Assembly: GCA_004764695.1 (NCBI GenBank) | Contig: SMSO01000032.1 | Coordinates: 6,294,483 to 6,358,482 of the forward strand | Reading direction: 5' to 3' | Length of the DNA: 64,000 nt | From: Schizochytrium sp. TIO01 | Lineage: Eukaryota > Protista > Bigyra: Labyrinthulomycetes | Part shown: in pieces, positions 23,958-33,947 of the stretch | How positions within the stretch are numbered: the stretch's first letter is position 1 | Layout of the letters: each line of letters starts with the position of its first letter | The notes under the pieces: model-generated | Told to the model about the DNA's origin: nothing | Databases searched by the model: none | What the model saw: only the letters and a program-made list of their open reading frames with translations | Program-made: the position numbers and the translations under genes

Positions 23958-25085
23958 ATGACGGCTTCTTCACCAATCTCGGTACCTCAACTTCCTTCTG
24001 AGATGAGAGCGTTAGCGTCCAAGGGCAATCAGTTCAGGTACAAGGCTGTCACATGCTTGTGTGAGTTAGTACCGTCTCACTCAGCAGGACGATGTAGAAT
24101 CGAAGAAACCCAGAATCCATCTTCTGAACTGTTTGGTCTGCGACTCAACCTACCCTCTGTAAGTGAGACCGTTTCCGGCGTGAACAGGCGACAACGCTGG
24201 CTTGCGCATCTTGGAATCAGTGAAGCAGACTTAGATAATATCCCAGTCTCCCGACAAATGGTTTGCTGGACACACTTTCGAGCGCAGTGTTTTGAGTTTG
24301 ATGTTAATATGAAGCGCAGACGGATGAAAAAGCGCGTTCCCATCTACGAGGGCGCAAATGAACTGGATATTGTTGATGCTAATTTTAAAGGTGGGCGAGG
24401 CCGGACGGAAAAGGCCGTCCTGGTGACACCCGATGTGTCCTTTCCCGAGAAGACGGTGTCAGTATCTACAAACACGAATACGCTCTTGACTCCAGTCGAT
24501 TGTAGCGCAGGATTGAAAAGCATGCGGACATCTCACCGAGGAGCACAAACTCGGCGTAAGGAACAATCGAAGTCTACTCACAGAAGACGCTCTTCACGTA
24601 ACACTAAGTCACGTTTTCAGATCCCAGCGTCAATTGAAAAAGAGGAAGTGCTTCATACAGTGGTCGAGCAATCACTGCTTCATCAAGCAGATACTCAGGT
24701 TCACAAGGCTTTCAATGAAATATTGTTGGGCGAAAGTCCACGATCCTGTGCCAGCTCGAACTCCACAGATCAAGCAGGATCCATTCCGAAATCCCCCTCA
24801 AGTACTAAGGAGCAGGAGAATATCCAGATCAACGAGATTTTGCATAGCGTGGGCGACATTTGGACCTCTGCGGCTCAAATCCTTGATCTTGAGGCGCAAC
24901 TCGAACAATTACGTACTGAGCATAAAAAATCTATTGACAAAATCACGAAGCGTTTGAAGGTACAAGAGAAGGAGCATTCACGTGTGATAAAGACGCTAAA
25001 ACGAGATGTCACATCACTGCAAAAGGAAAAGGACTCATTGACATATCAACTTGCAAGTGCCAGAAGGAAAGCGAGCAGAGTATAA
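23958..25085 (+). CDS. THAP-like (C2CH) zinc-finger protein with C-terminal coiled coil
   Basis: First ATG is at 23958 (the ORF track starts at TTG 23817). Pattern CLC..RC..LP..RRQRWLAHL..VCWTHF..CF..RRRMKKRVPIY. C-terminal heptads LEAQLEQLRTEH..LKRDVTSLQKEKDSL. Confidence 0.6.
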   Translation: MTASSPISVPQLPSEMRALASKGNQFRYKAVTCLCELVPSHSAGRCRIEETQNPSSELFGLRLNLPSVSETVSGVNRRQRWLAHLGISEADLDNIPVSRQMVCWTHFRAQCFEFDVNMKRRRMKKRVPIYEGANELDIVDANFKGGRGRTEKAVLVTPDVSFPEKTVSVSTNTNTLLTPVDCSAGLKSMRTSHRGAQTRRKEQSKSTHRRRSSRNTKSRFQIPASIEKEEVLHTVVEQSLLHQADTQVHKAFNEILLGESPRSCASSNSTDQAGSIPKSPSSTKEQENIQINEILHSVGDIWTSAAQILDLEAQLEQLRTEHKKSIDKITKRLKVQEKEHSRVIKTLKRDVTSLQKEKDSLTYQLASARRKASRV

Positions 25086-25975
25086 ATGCATGCACGCTTT
25101 CTCGTATGGTCTTCCAAATCTACGTCGGCAATTTGCATCTGACCTAACATCCTGTATATACATGATTTAATTTCTGTTGACCCTTTTGGTCTATGCCACT
25201 TTAAGTTTACCCAAATCTCCCTGAAACGCTTTCTTTCTTTAATTGCTATAATCTAACTCTGATCAATCAGGCTTATCTTGTGGATGATTCTTTTTAAGCT
25301 CCAGAAAATTGAAAGGACCTTAGAGCATGTTTGTATCGATTTTTGAAATAGAAAACGAAAAGAAAAGTCGAACGATATAACCTACTAAAAATTAAACCAT
25401 CAAACTCTGCAAAGGTTTCGTCAATTGTTCATGGTCAACCAGTACTTTATTTTTTATTTTTTTTTAAATTAAAATAAATTAATAAATTGTAGATCCCGCA
25501 ACATAGTATTTAAGCCTCTTTTAATCATAAATAGACCCTTTACAGTTTGGCGAAGAATAATCAATCAGTTTATATTAGATAATAAAGAAAAAGGAAGAAG
25601 AAGAAGCTCCGTTCTTCTTCAAGAGCTCACTGGTAGACCAAGCCCGTACAAAACCACTTTGTCATTTTCCTGTGGACACCTTTGCACGGTGTCTTCAGTT
25701 CTGCGTGAAAGCGACCCTCTCGCGTTGCTGTTCTTCGTCTCCTTCTTCTTTCCTCTTCTCCTGTTTGGCACCAACGTCCTTTACGTTGTTCACTGATTAG
25801 TGCCGCTTAGACTTCTTCGAAAAACGTTGACGTCTTTCCAAGCTCTCAAAGCAAGTCAAGATAGGTCAAGACAAGTGGTCATTTTATTAGCATCCCTGCT
25901 GGTTTATATCGTCTCCTCCATACCCTTCACCTCTCGTTTTAATAGACACGTTTAGATCACATTACATTTCACATT

Positions 25976-26752
25976 ATGCGGACCTCATCTCTCCTCGCAT
26001 GGCTTGCCTTTGTGGTGACATTTGTGGCACTCGTCAGCTCCTCAGATGCTGCTGCCTCCAGTCGCAAGCGCCGCAAGAAGTCCAAGATTGACGTTGACGC
26101 GAACAACTTCTACTCTGGCGTGACCCCATCAGGATCCACAAAGTGGAGGTCTGAAAGCAAAGGTGTTATCTATACTACCATCGATACCTCTCACCTGAAC
26201 TTCGATCGCGTGCCAAAGTACTTTTGCTCCGTGGTGGACTCAAGCCGCGCTTATACGTCATCTAGAATCAACGCCACTGTTCTCTCAAGCGAGGCTGTTA
26301 GCGTTCTCACCAACGTCACTGGCAAGAACAAGCCCGTTCGCGTGACCAACTCTGGATTTCGAGTTCGCCTTAAGTTCACTGATGAGACAGGCCGTGACCT
26401 GACTGAGTCTGATGCACGTATTGGCGGCTGGCGTGTACGCTGGGCAGCAGTATCTGAGCCGCACTCTTCGTTTGAGGCTGCTCGCAAGTTTGTAGAAAAT
26501 GATAAGTATGACACCGGAATCGAAGACAAGCCTGTGGGGGAGGCCCTTGCATACGTGGAGATGCTACGCCGCCTTGCAGTGGAGGAGCCTCAAATGGTCC
26601 AAGGTATCCTTGGGGCAGACTACGTCAAACCCATGCGCATGCGCCCCAAGCCCAAGCCTGCTAAGGCGTCTTCAACTGATGCTGACGCATCCTCTTCGGA
26701 GTCTGCCGACGTTGATGACTCTGCCCCTGAACCTGAAGTTGAAACCCAGTAG
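25976..26752 (+). CDS. Secreted protein with signal peptide and small beta-rich domain (H-lectin-like fold suspected)
   Basis: 258 aa. Signal peptide MRTSSLLAWLAFVVTFVALVSSSDA. Core GSTKW..GVIYTTIDTS..F..PKYFCS..SGFRVRL..LT..GWRVRWAA. Strong codon bias. Confidence 0.8.
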   Translation: MRTSSLLAWLAFVVTFVALVSSSDAAASSRKRRKKSKIDVDANNFYSGVTPSGSTKWRSESKGVIYTTIDTSHLNFDRVPKYFCSVVDSSRAYTSSRINATVLSSEAVSVLTNVTGKNKPVRVTNSGFRVRLKFTDETGRDLTESDARIGGWRVRWAAVSEPHSSFEAARKFVENDKYDTGIEDKPVGEALAYVEMLRRLAVEEPQMVQGILGADYVKPMRMRPKPKPAKASSTDADASSSESADVDDSAPEPEVETQ

Positions 26753-28405
26753 TTCTTGAAATCATACATTTGCATTCTAGTTAACCGAAGTACTTTTTCT
26801 GACCTCATTACGTTGCAATGTGAAGACTTTGGCCCATAATCGCAAGCAATTCATACCGACTTTCGGAGAATAACTTGCCTACACTTTACGTATAGAATTG
26901 TTTGTTTAAGGGTTTATCGAAATAGGTAGAGGTGAGCAGGGTGTGCTTTCAAATAGTTGAAGGCTGTGCCTATTCTCTTCCATCTTTAACTAAGCTAAAG
27001 CTAAGCCGACCGGGCCAATTCAAAACCAAAAAAGACACTAACCACTTTCGATATTTTTTAGTTATTAAGTCAACGATAAATAAAAATACACACTATATCT
27101 AAGGGCGTGCCTCTCGATCTTCCATATAATTCAAGTGTGATTGAGTTAATCCTTATCAAGCATCTTCGACCAAGAAAAATGATCTCTGACAATCTTTAAT
27201 TAGATACTCAGGTTTGATATAACTGAGGGAAAACAATGTCAACGAAATCGCTCTGAAACCCATCAGGCCATGGATGGTTTCAGAAATTCAAATTGTTGGT
27301 TTACATGCTCATGACTACTTTCTGTAACTTCATACATTGACTTTTTAGTCTTCTCACGATTGCTCTATGCACCATCTAATATGAACATTACTATCCGTTT
27401 CTTGTTACTTGACTCATGAACGGTCCAATGCGACCATCATATCTCAGGTGTGTAGAATGCCTTCATACCCTTCCTTTGTGCTCTTCTTTCACAGGAGTTA
27501 CAAGGCCTTCCTCTCTGTTATATAAAGAATTTGAAGCTTGTTAGACATCTTGTGTAGAAACTATTGACACTATTAAGTTCTTCAACAGGCAACTCAAGAC
27601 GGTGTCGATCTTTGAGCTGCTGAGAACCCTAATCAACTGTGTTGTTTTATGCACTGCTGTTTTTACACTCACAATTATACTTCAAACAGTAGTAAGGAAG
27701 TAGTGTCGAGGCACTTCAAGATATGACGCAGAGGCTTCTAAAATGTTGCTTTGCTTGATTCCACCAAAAGCAGAGCCGAGGTACTACATTTGTACGTTCT
27801 TTTTGTACTTCCTCCAGAATACGAAAAACCTTGACTGAATACTGTATCCTTTCAATGGGTACGTACGGATCCTTCACATAATATAAACATATAACTATCA
27901 GGTAGGAGAATGATACGCATTCAGTTGTGTTAGGTTGTGCAGTCCAAAGTCCATCTACAATCACCTCCAGATGCTTCTTACTCTTTACTTCACTTCAGTT
28001 TGTTCAAGAGCTGGTACACTAGGTACTGTACTGATTACATTCATAACCCCGGAGTTGATATTTGCTGCATATGAAGCTGTCTTTCGGACCGTTCATGGAA
28101 AGGTGAGGTAGTCTCAAGCTCAGCTCGAACAAATCCCAATGCCCGATGTTGCTCTGTCGAGCAGGGTGCAGGTTGAGTAATATTATACGACAAGAAACTT
28201 ATATATATGTTTTATGAGAATCTGAAGAAAGAAGAGTAAGAATAAGGAATTGAGGGTGGTTGGTAAGATTGGTTTGAACGGAAGCAGGATTGGAAACTTT
28301 TAGAGCAAGAGTTTGAACAGTATCGACTTAATCAATACAGTCTTTCCATCCCTACAAAATTAAAATAGTCACGCAACAGGAAAAGGGAATAAACAGTGAT
28401 TTAAG

Positions 28406-29986
28406 ATGAGCTTTGTACGACCACGGACACTATCTCAAGTTGTAAATGCACAAGTAAAAATCATTGACGTCAAATCTGTTCGTGCGTTTGCTGGGATAGC
28501 ATTTGTAGGCGGACTTTTAGGAACCATTGCAGGAGGGCTTGCATTGGAGGGCGCAGGGAATCTCAACAATTATGCCACTTTGGCAAAGAATATCGATGTA
28601 GGAACATTTACCACGCTAAGAGCGTGTGTTTATATTTTGTTTACTGGGTCTATTCTCTTGACTGTTGCATCTGCCGTACAGTTCTGGATAGCGCAGAGAA
28701 ACAAGCGGCGACGGCGGATCCTTCTCTCAAGTATAGTCGTTCTTTTCTGTGCAGCTATGCCCCTTGCAAGCTCAATCATTGGGAAAGGTGCAGTGGAAGA
28801 TTTATACGAAGCTTTGTGCTATACATCAACAAATTGCACACCCCGAGACGACCTTATTGAGCGAGCTCAGGCAATCGTAGATGTAGAGCTCGCTATTTTT
28901 GATACCTGCTGCATTGCAAACGCACTGGAGTATAGCCTACAGCAGGATAATCTCACAACTGCTTTGGGTGTCTCTGATGTAAACTTGTATGAGGAGCGGA
29001 TCATGACAGAGCCGTACGGCATCTGCTCAACTGGAAATATTCAAGAAGCCAACTGTGCAGGGAAGCTCCCTGCTATCATAGACAATTTAGGACTAGACGA
29101 TTTAGGGGCGCGGCTGTGCACCTGCGCCCCAAACCTTAAGGATGAGTATAACATCACTGTGGAAGAAATTGAAGCTACGAACGCGTGTGAAAATTTCGAA
29201 TATATGCAAATCACTCTTGATACGAGTACATACATTCCCACTCAGCAGTTCAGCTTACTGAGTGTTTTAACGTCGTCTTACCGTGAGTATTTTTCTCTGC
29301 ATCCTGAGCAAAAGACTGAGATAGTAACACCGATTGTAGGGTCCCCTGGCCCGCCCTGGGATGCTGCCGCGTTTCCGTACGGAGGATTTGGTTGTGGCTT
29401 AGGCATGTCGAAGGGGTTTATTTGGTACACCTACTTGTATGCCGAAGAGAACTTTTCTAAATCTTTTACTCTAGGTTTAGCCAGCGCAGGTTTGGCAATA
29501 TCTGCGAGCTTACTCACAGGATGCTTTTTGCTTCTACTTAACAGCAATGACCTCGATATATGGGATTATGGAGAGAATGGTCGCAACACAGACTTTACGA
29601 CCATATCTTCTCGATCACAGCAATCTAGTGATAGCAATCCGGTCTGGGTTCCAACACGAAATACTCAAAAAGAGGCCCGTGCCTTGGGCACTGGCTCGAA
29701 AAGGGTGCTAGTGACACGTGCGGAGCAAGAGGCTCTCCAAGTTCGCCTGAACGCGTTTTATGCTGCATACGAACCAAGTAAGCTTGATAGCAATGGGTGC
29801 GTAGACCAGGATATCGTAAATTTTGGTTTAGTTCGAGGCGAGGATGCTCTCAATGCAAAACTTCGTGCCAAGTACGGTGCGGACTTACAAGGTCTTACCT
29901 CTGGCTTGGGTCTCACAACACCGAACCAGAAACTGAGTAATCTCGGTGCAAACATCATGAAACAGAGTGTAGATGATCTAATCTAG
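28406..29986 (+). CDS. Four-TM tetraspanin-like membrane protein with large Cys-rich loop and C-terminal helical domain
   Basis: 526 aa. Three N-terminal hydrophobic helices, a ~230-aa loop with CC and further Cys and N-glycosylation sequons, a fourth TM, then RLNAFYAAYEPSKL..EDALNAKLRAKYG. Confidence 0.7.
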   Translation: MSFVRPRTLSQVVNAQVKIIDVKSVRAFAGIAFVGGLLGTIAGGLALEGAGNLNNYATLAKNIDVGTFTTLRACVYILFTGSILLTVASAVQFWIAQRNKRRRRILLSSIVVLFCAAMPLASSIIGKGAVEDLYEALCYTSTNCTPRDDLIERAQAIVDVELAIFDTCCIANALEYSLQQDNLTTALGVSDVNLYEERIMTEPYGICSTGNIQEANCAGKLPAIIDNLGLDDLGARLCTCAPNLKDEYNITVEEIEATNACENFEYMQITLDTSTYIPTQQFSLLSVLTSSYREYFSLHPEQKTEIVTPIVGSPGPPWDAAAFPYGGFGCGLGMSKGFIWYTYLYAEENFSKSFTLGLASAGLAISASLLTGCFLLLLNSNDLDIWDYGENGRNTDFTTISSRSQQSSDSNPVWVPTRNTQKEARALGTGSKRVLVTRAEQEALQVRLNAFYAAYEPSKLDSNGCVDQDIVNFGLVRGEDALNAKLRAKYGADLQGLTSGLGLTTPNQKLSNLGANIMKQSVDDLI

Positions 29987-31221
29987 AGTCCAGCGCAAGT
30001 GTGCTTCCCTTTTTCTTGATCTTTTCTGTTTTTCTAAAAAGTATTGTTGAACTGTTTTCAACCACAAGTTCCTTTTATTGCCTATTTGTCCATCTGCATA
30101 AATCCTCTGCAAATCCATTTCGATACATGTGCGTCAAAAGGTTCTAAGAGGTTTATGCCTGAAGCCTTCGAGCCACGGTATCATTTACAAAACCCTTCGT
30201 TCGCTTCTGGCAAGTACTTTCATCGAGCCCTTGAAAAAAATAAAATCCTGTTCACTTATCCAGCGCAAACGCCAGAAAGTCCATTTACATCGTACAAAGC
30301 AAGCGAACTTTGAACTTCCAACAATTATATCAGTTATTCTCACGATCAAAAATTGATTGCTCTACTTGGCTCTGAGCAATGCGATACAAACGTACTGGTA
30401 CTTATTACAGATCCCTATATATTAGGGCACTTATAATGTTCCAATCTTGACAACTGGCATAGTCCCCTTTATGGCTTGCGGCACTTCAACAGAGGATTTC
30501 ATGTTTCGAGCTTTTGTTCCATCAAACTTGCGTTTGTTTGATCTACGTGCACATCCACCTCGAAGATGGATATCTTAGAAGTGTTGGACCATATTGGATC
30601 CATCCCAGATAAGCTCCAATTCTCTAATAATCAGACGTGGGAATGGCAATGCGCGGCTACTCCACACATAAAGACGCACCCCGCAGAGAAGTTGATTTAC
30701 TTGATGGTTTTCAGTCCATCATTTGTGCAAAGCATAAAGTCTGAATGGGTTGAAGACTACAAATTGGATGGGCTAGCCATGGCCAGGCCAGTTAGTCTTA
30801 GGGCTAGTTCTACTCTAGCTAGGTATACATACCTACGGTAGTGTAGAGAGTCCAGGCCCAAAATCTCCAGCTTCCAACGTTCGCCTCGCCATTTAGTCAA
30901 TTTCCCACGTCGTCGAGGACCCATAGGGAAGATGGCACAGAGCTGTCAAATCCAGGTTCGTCATCAACACGCCTTGGCTTCAAAGCTTTGTGTTTGGTTT
31001 GGTTCTTCAAGGCTTTCACTCCAGCTAAAACAAGACTTGTCGCCTCGAGTCCATCTCGTCAAAGGCGGGCGCTCTTGAGTCCTTTTTCGGGTCAATATCA
31101 TTCATCGCATTCATACTCTTAACAGTTACCCCTAAACACCCCTATTGAGTTTCGTTTTAGGAAAAGAGCGATGGGTATTTTTTTTCTCCTTAGTGAACAA
31201 AGTGGAAAAGGAGTCGAAAAG

Positions 31222-31276
<55 letters not shown>

Positions 31277-31277
31277 A
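31222..31277. repeat. (AAAG)n microsatellite
   Basis: About 13 perfect GAAA units. Confidence 0.95.
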
Positions 31278-32102
31278 AAAAAGTTAAAGACCAAGTGGGT
31301 ATCCATTATGCCAATATGGATCCCAGCTTTAAAAACGTTTTATTTCTTTTTTAGATCATAGTAAGCGCTAGATAGGATTATCGCACTCTTAGTGATACGA
31401 GCACTTGCTAGATTTGGTCTTCCAATTCGGGTGGAGTTCTTCACTCCGGTTGAGTCTGGGGGAAAACGCTAGAAACTCAACATCATTCCTCAGAAATGGG
31501 TTTATAGACACTCATTTTGACATGTGACGACGAAGTTCATGCCCTAGTCACCATATATCTCTGCCTGCTGGCTCGCCCCAAATCCATCTCAGGTCCTGTT
31601 CTGCACTTTTTCTTCTTCACTTCCTTATAATCAAAGAGTAAAACAATGATTGGAAATGAAAAAGAAAAAGAAAAACTTTGAAAAAAAACTCTTTCTATCA
31701 CTAGCTAGGGTATCGCTTAGCACCCTTCATAGCAGGCGCCTTCTACTTGAATACTGAGGTCACTGAAAAGACAGGTCCCTTCCCTTTATTGTGGACGCTA
31801 GCGAGTAGCGGTCTTTCTCAGTGTGGGTATAGATAAGACTAAGCAGAGCATAGCCCTCGAATCGGCCTCTCAGCCTCGATGCATTTTCCAGGTTGCGCTC
31901 ATCCACATCTGTCTTTCAAAGTTCGCAGCCGCTCCCTCTGCTATCCACTGAGGCCTGGTGTGGTTGTGCGGTGTATGGCGTGCGAGGCCTCCTTTCTCTC
32001 GCACGTGCTCGCGGGTCTTTCAAAATGTCACGCTCCGCCCTCTGCTGCCACTGACCTTTGGCCTTCCAGCCAGTCGCGGTCCCTCCCGTCTTTCGAGTTT
32101 CG

Positions 32103-32148
32103 TGAGATCTCGTCGCGATTCGCTCTGAGATCTCGCCGCGATTGGCTC
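32103..32148. repeat. 23-bp direct duplication in a CpG-rich island
   Basis: tgagatctcgtcgcgattcgctc followed immediately by tgagatctcgccgcgattggctc (2 mismatches). Confidence 0.85.
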
Positions 32149-33237
32149 TGAAGCCGTGCGCCTTCCGCCGCGTTCGCTCCTTTCGGCGGCTCTGGAGCTC
32201 TGCCTCCATAAGCCTTTTCTTTCATCCAACCATTTGCGATCACTTCGTTTGCATTTGATTGAGCCATCACCAATTGCGCGTGCGTGCCTGTCCAGGGAGG
32301 CCGACTCTTCATGTACGCAACTCCTACCGATTGGGCTATGTAAACCCTAGTTATATTCCACTCCATTCCTCGACCTTTTCATGGCGTTCGCAGCGAAGTG
32401 CCGTCTATTCGGAGCAGGTTCGCAACAATGGGCGGCATCGACGAGGGAAGCTGTCTCCTTGTACCTCGCGGCGCTGCAGATACCAGGGGCCTACGCGTAT
32501 CGACGGTACGAAGGCACGACTTTCTCGAGAGGGCTTTGTTTTCCTTCGTCAATTCTATGACATTTAATCTTATAATTCTAACTCACAATCATTTTTATTA
32601 TTATTTTTAATTTAAAAAAACAACAAAAAAAAACAACAAAAAAACTTATCATCGAAGTGCCCTTGCTTACTCAAAAAAATGTGCGAAAAGAACCTTTGGT
32701 CGATGTGCGAGTTCGGAAGACTCGCGAAAAATGTGCAGAGACCCACTGTTCTTTGGAGCTGTGCTTATTATTAAATTATCAATAATAATAATATTATTAT
32801 TATTGCTATTCTTAGAAGGGAGCAGGCAAGTTTACAAGCAAGCAAGCAAGTGCACAAGGCCTACGCATTTCCCTAAAGAGCCACTAGCAGGCGGGCGCTC
32901 CCTCTCACCTGGTGGGCGCCTAAGAGTGTAATATCTAAAACTATAGTAGCTATCGACACTCGCACTTAAAAGGAAGATTAGCCTAGGGGTATCTACTGCT
33001 CAGCTAGGCTGCCTTCTATTTCTATTGATTCTAAAATTTTTATTGTAAGATGAAAGAAGGAAGATTTTTCTGTCTGTATTTCTATGGAAAGAAAGAGAAA
33101 GAGCGAAGAAAAATACGATTAAAAGAGTCATTGAGTTTGTCATGAATTGTGGTTCTGGGTTCTGAGGAAAACAGTCAATCGGCGACTCTGGACAGAAGAA
33201 CTTGGAGCAGAAAGCGACCCGAGACTCGGCCAGAGAC

Positions 33238-33501
33238 TGCCTGCCTGCCTGCCTGCCTGCCTGCGGACAAGCCCTCTCCTCGAGGCCCCAAGCACGGCTT
33301 TGTGGCTCCGAATAAGAAAGGCAGCCGGCGGCCTCTAGGACCGTGTGCTGGACCTAGCGAATTCACTTTCTCTCGCTCACTCACTCACTCACTCACTCAC
33401 TCACTCACTCACTCACAAACGTGCATAAATGAATTATAAATGAATTACAAATGAATTATAAATGATTTATAAACGATATATAAATCATTTATAAATGGTA
33501 T
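33238..33501. repeat. Repeat cluster: (CCTG)n, (CACT)n and an 11-bp ATAAATGAATT array (about 7 copies)
   Basis: (cctg)n at 33238-33263, (cact)n at 33376-33415, 11-mer array at 33425-33501. Confidence 0.9.
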
Positions 33502-33947
33502 TATGGCAATTGTTATGGGATATAGAGAGAGAGTAGAAAGTGAATAGGAAAAAGGTAAGAAATGACGATGATTGAGAGGAAAGCCAAAGTAAAAACTCGA
33601 CCAACTCGAAATCAAATCGAAAAGTAAAGGTCAGGAAATCGATCGATCGCTATTCGAGTGATTCATCGATCGAGTGCGTACTCACTCACACGCAGGCAGG
33701 GCAGAAAGCAAACTGCTAAAGGCAGGCCGCCGGTCTCCGCTGCGCTTCTTCGTGAACGCGTGTGCGGCGAGGACCTTGCGCAGTTCCTGCGGCGTCGCGA
33801 GGATTAGTCGAAGAGATTCCGCAGGACTGAACTGGTTTTGATTCATCGCCATCGGCACTCGAAGACGAGCTGTGGAATTGCGATAGAACCGCGCCACTTC
33901 GCGCGTTAGATTCAACCGGGTGGTAACGGGGAAGAAGTCATCCCGCC

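Noticed and set aside
27415-28097. 12-bp inverted repeat CATGAACGGTCC / GGACCGTTCATG
   Set aside because: It does not extend and has no target-site duplication; a few such matches are expected by chance.
31145-31354. ORF with KERK repeats
   Set aside because: Translation of the (AAAG)n microsatellite.
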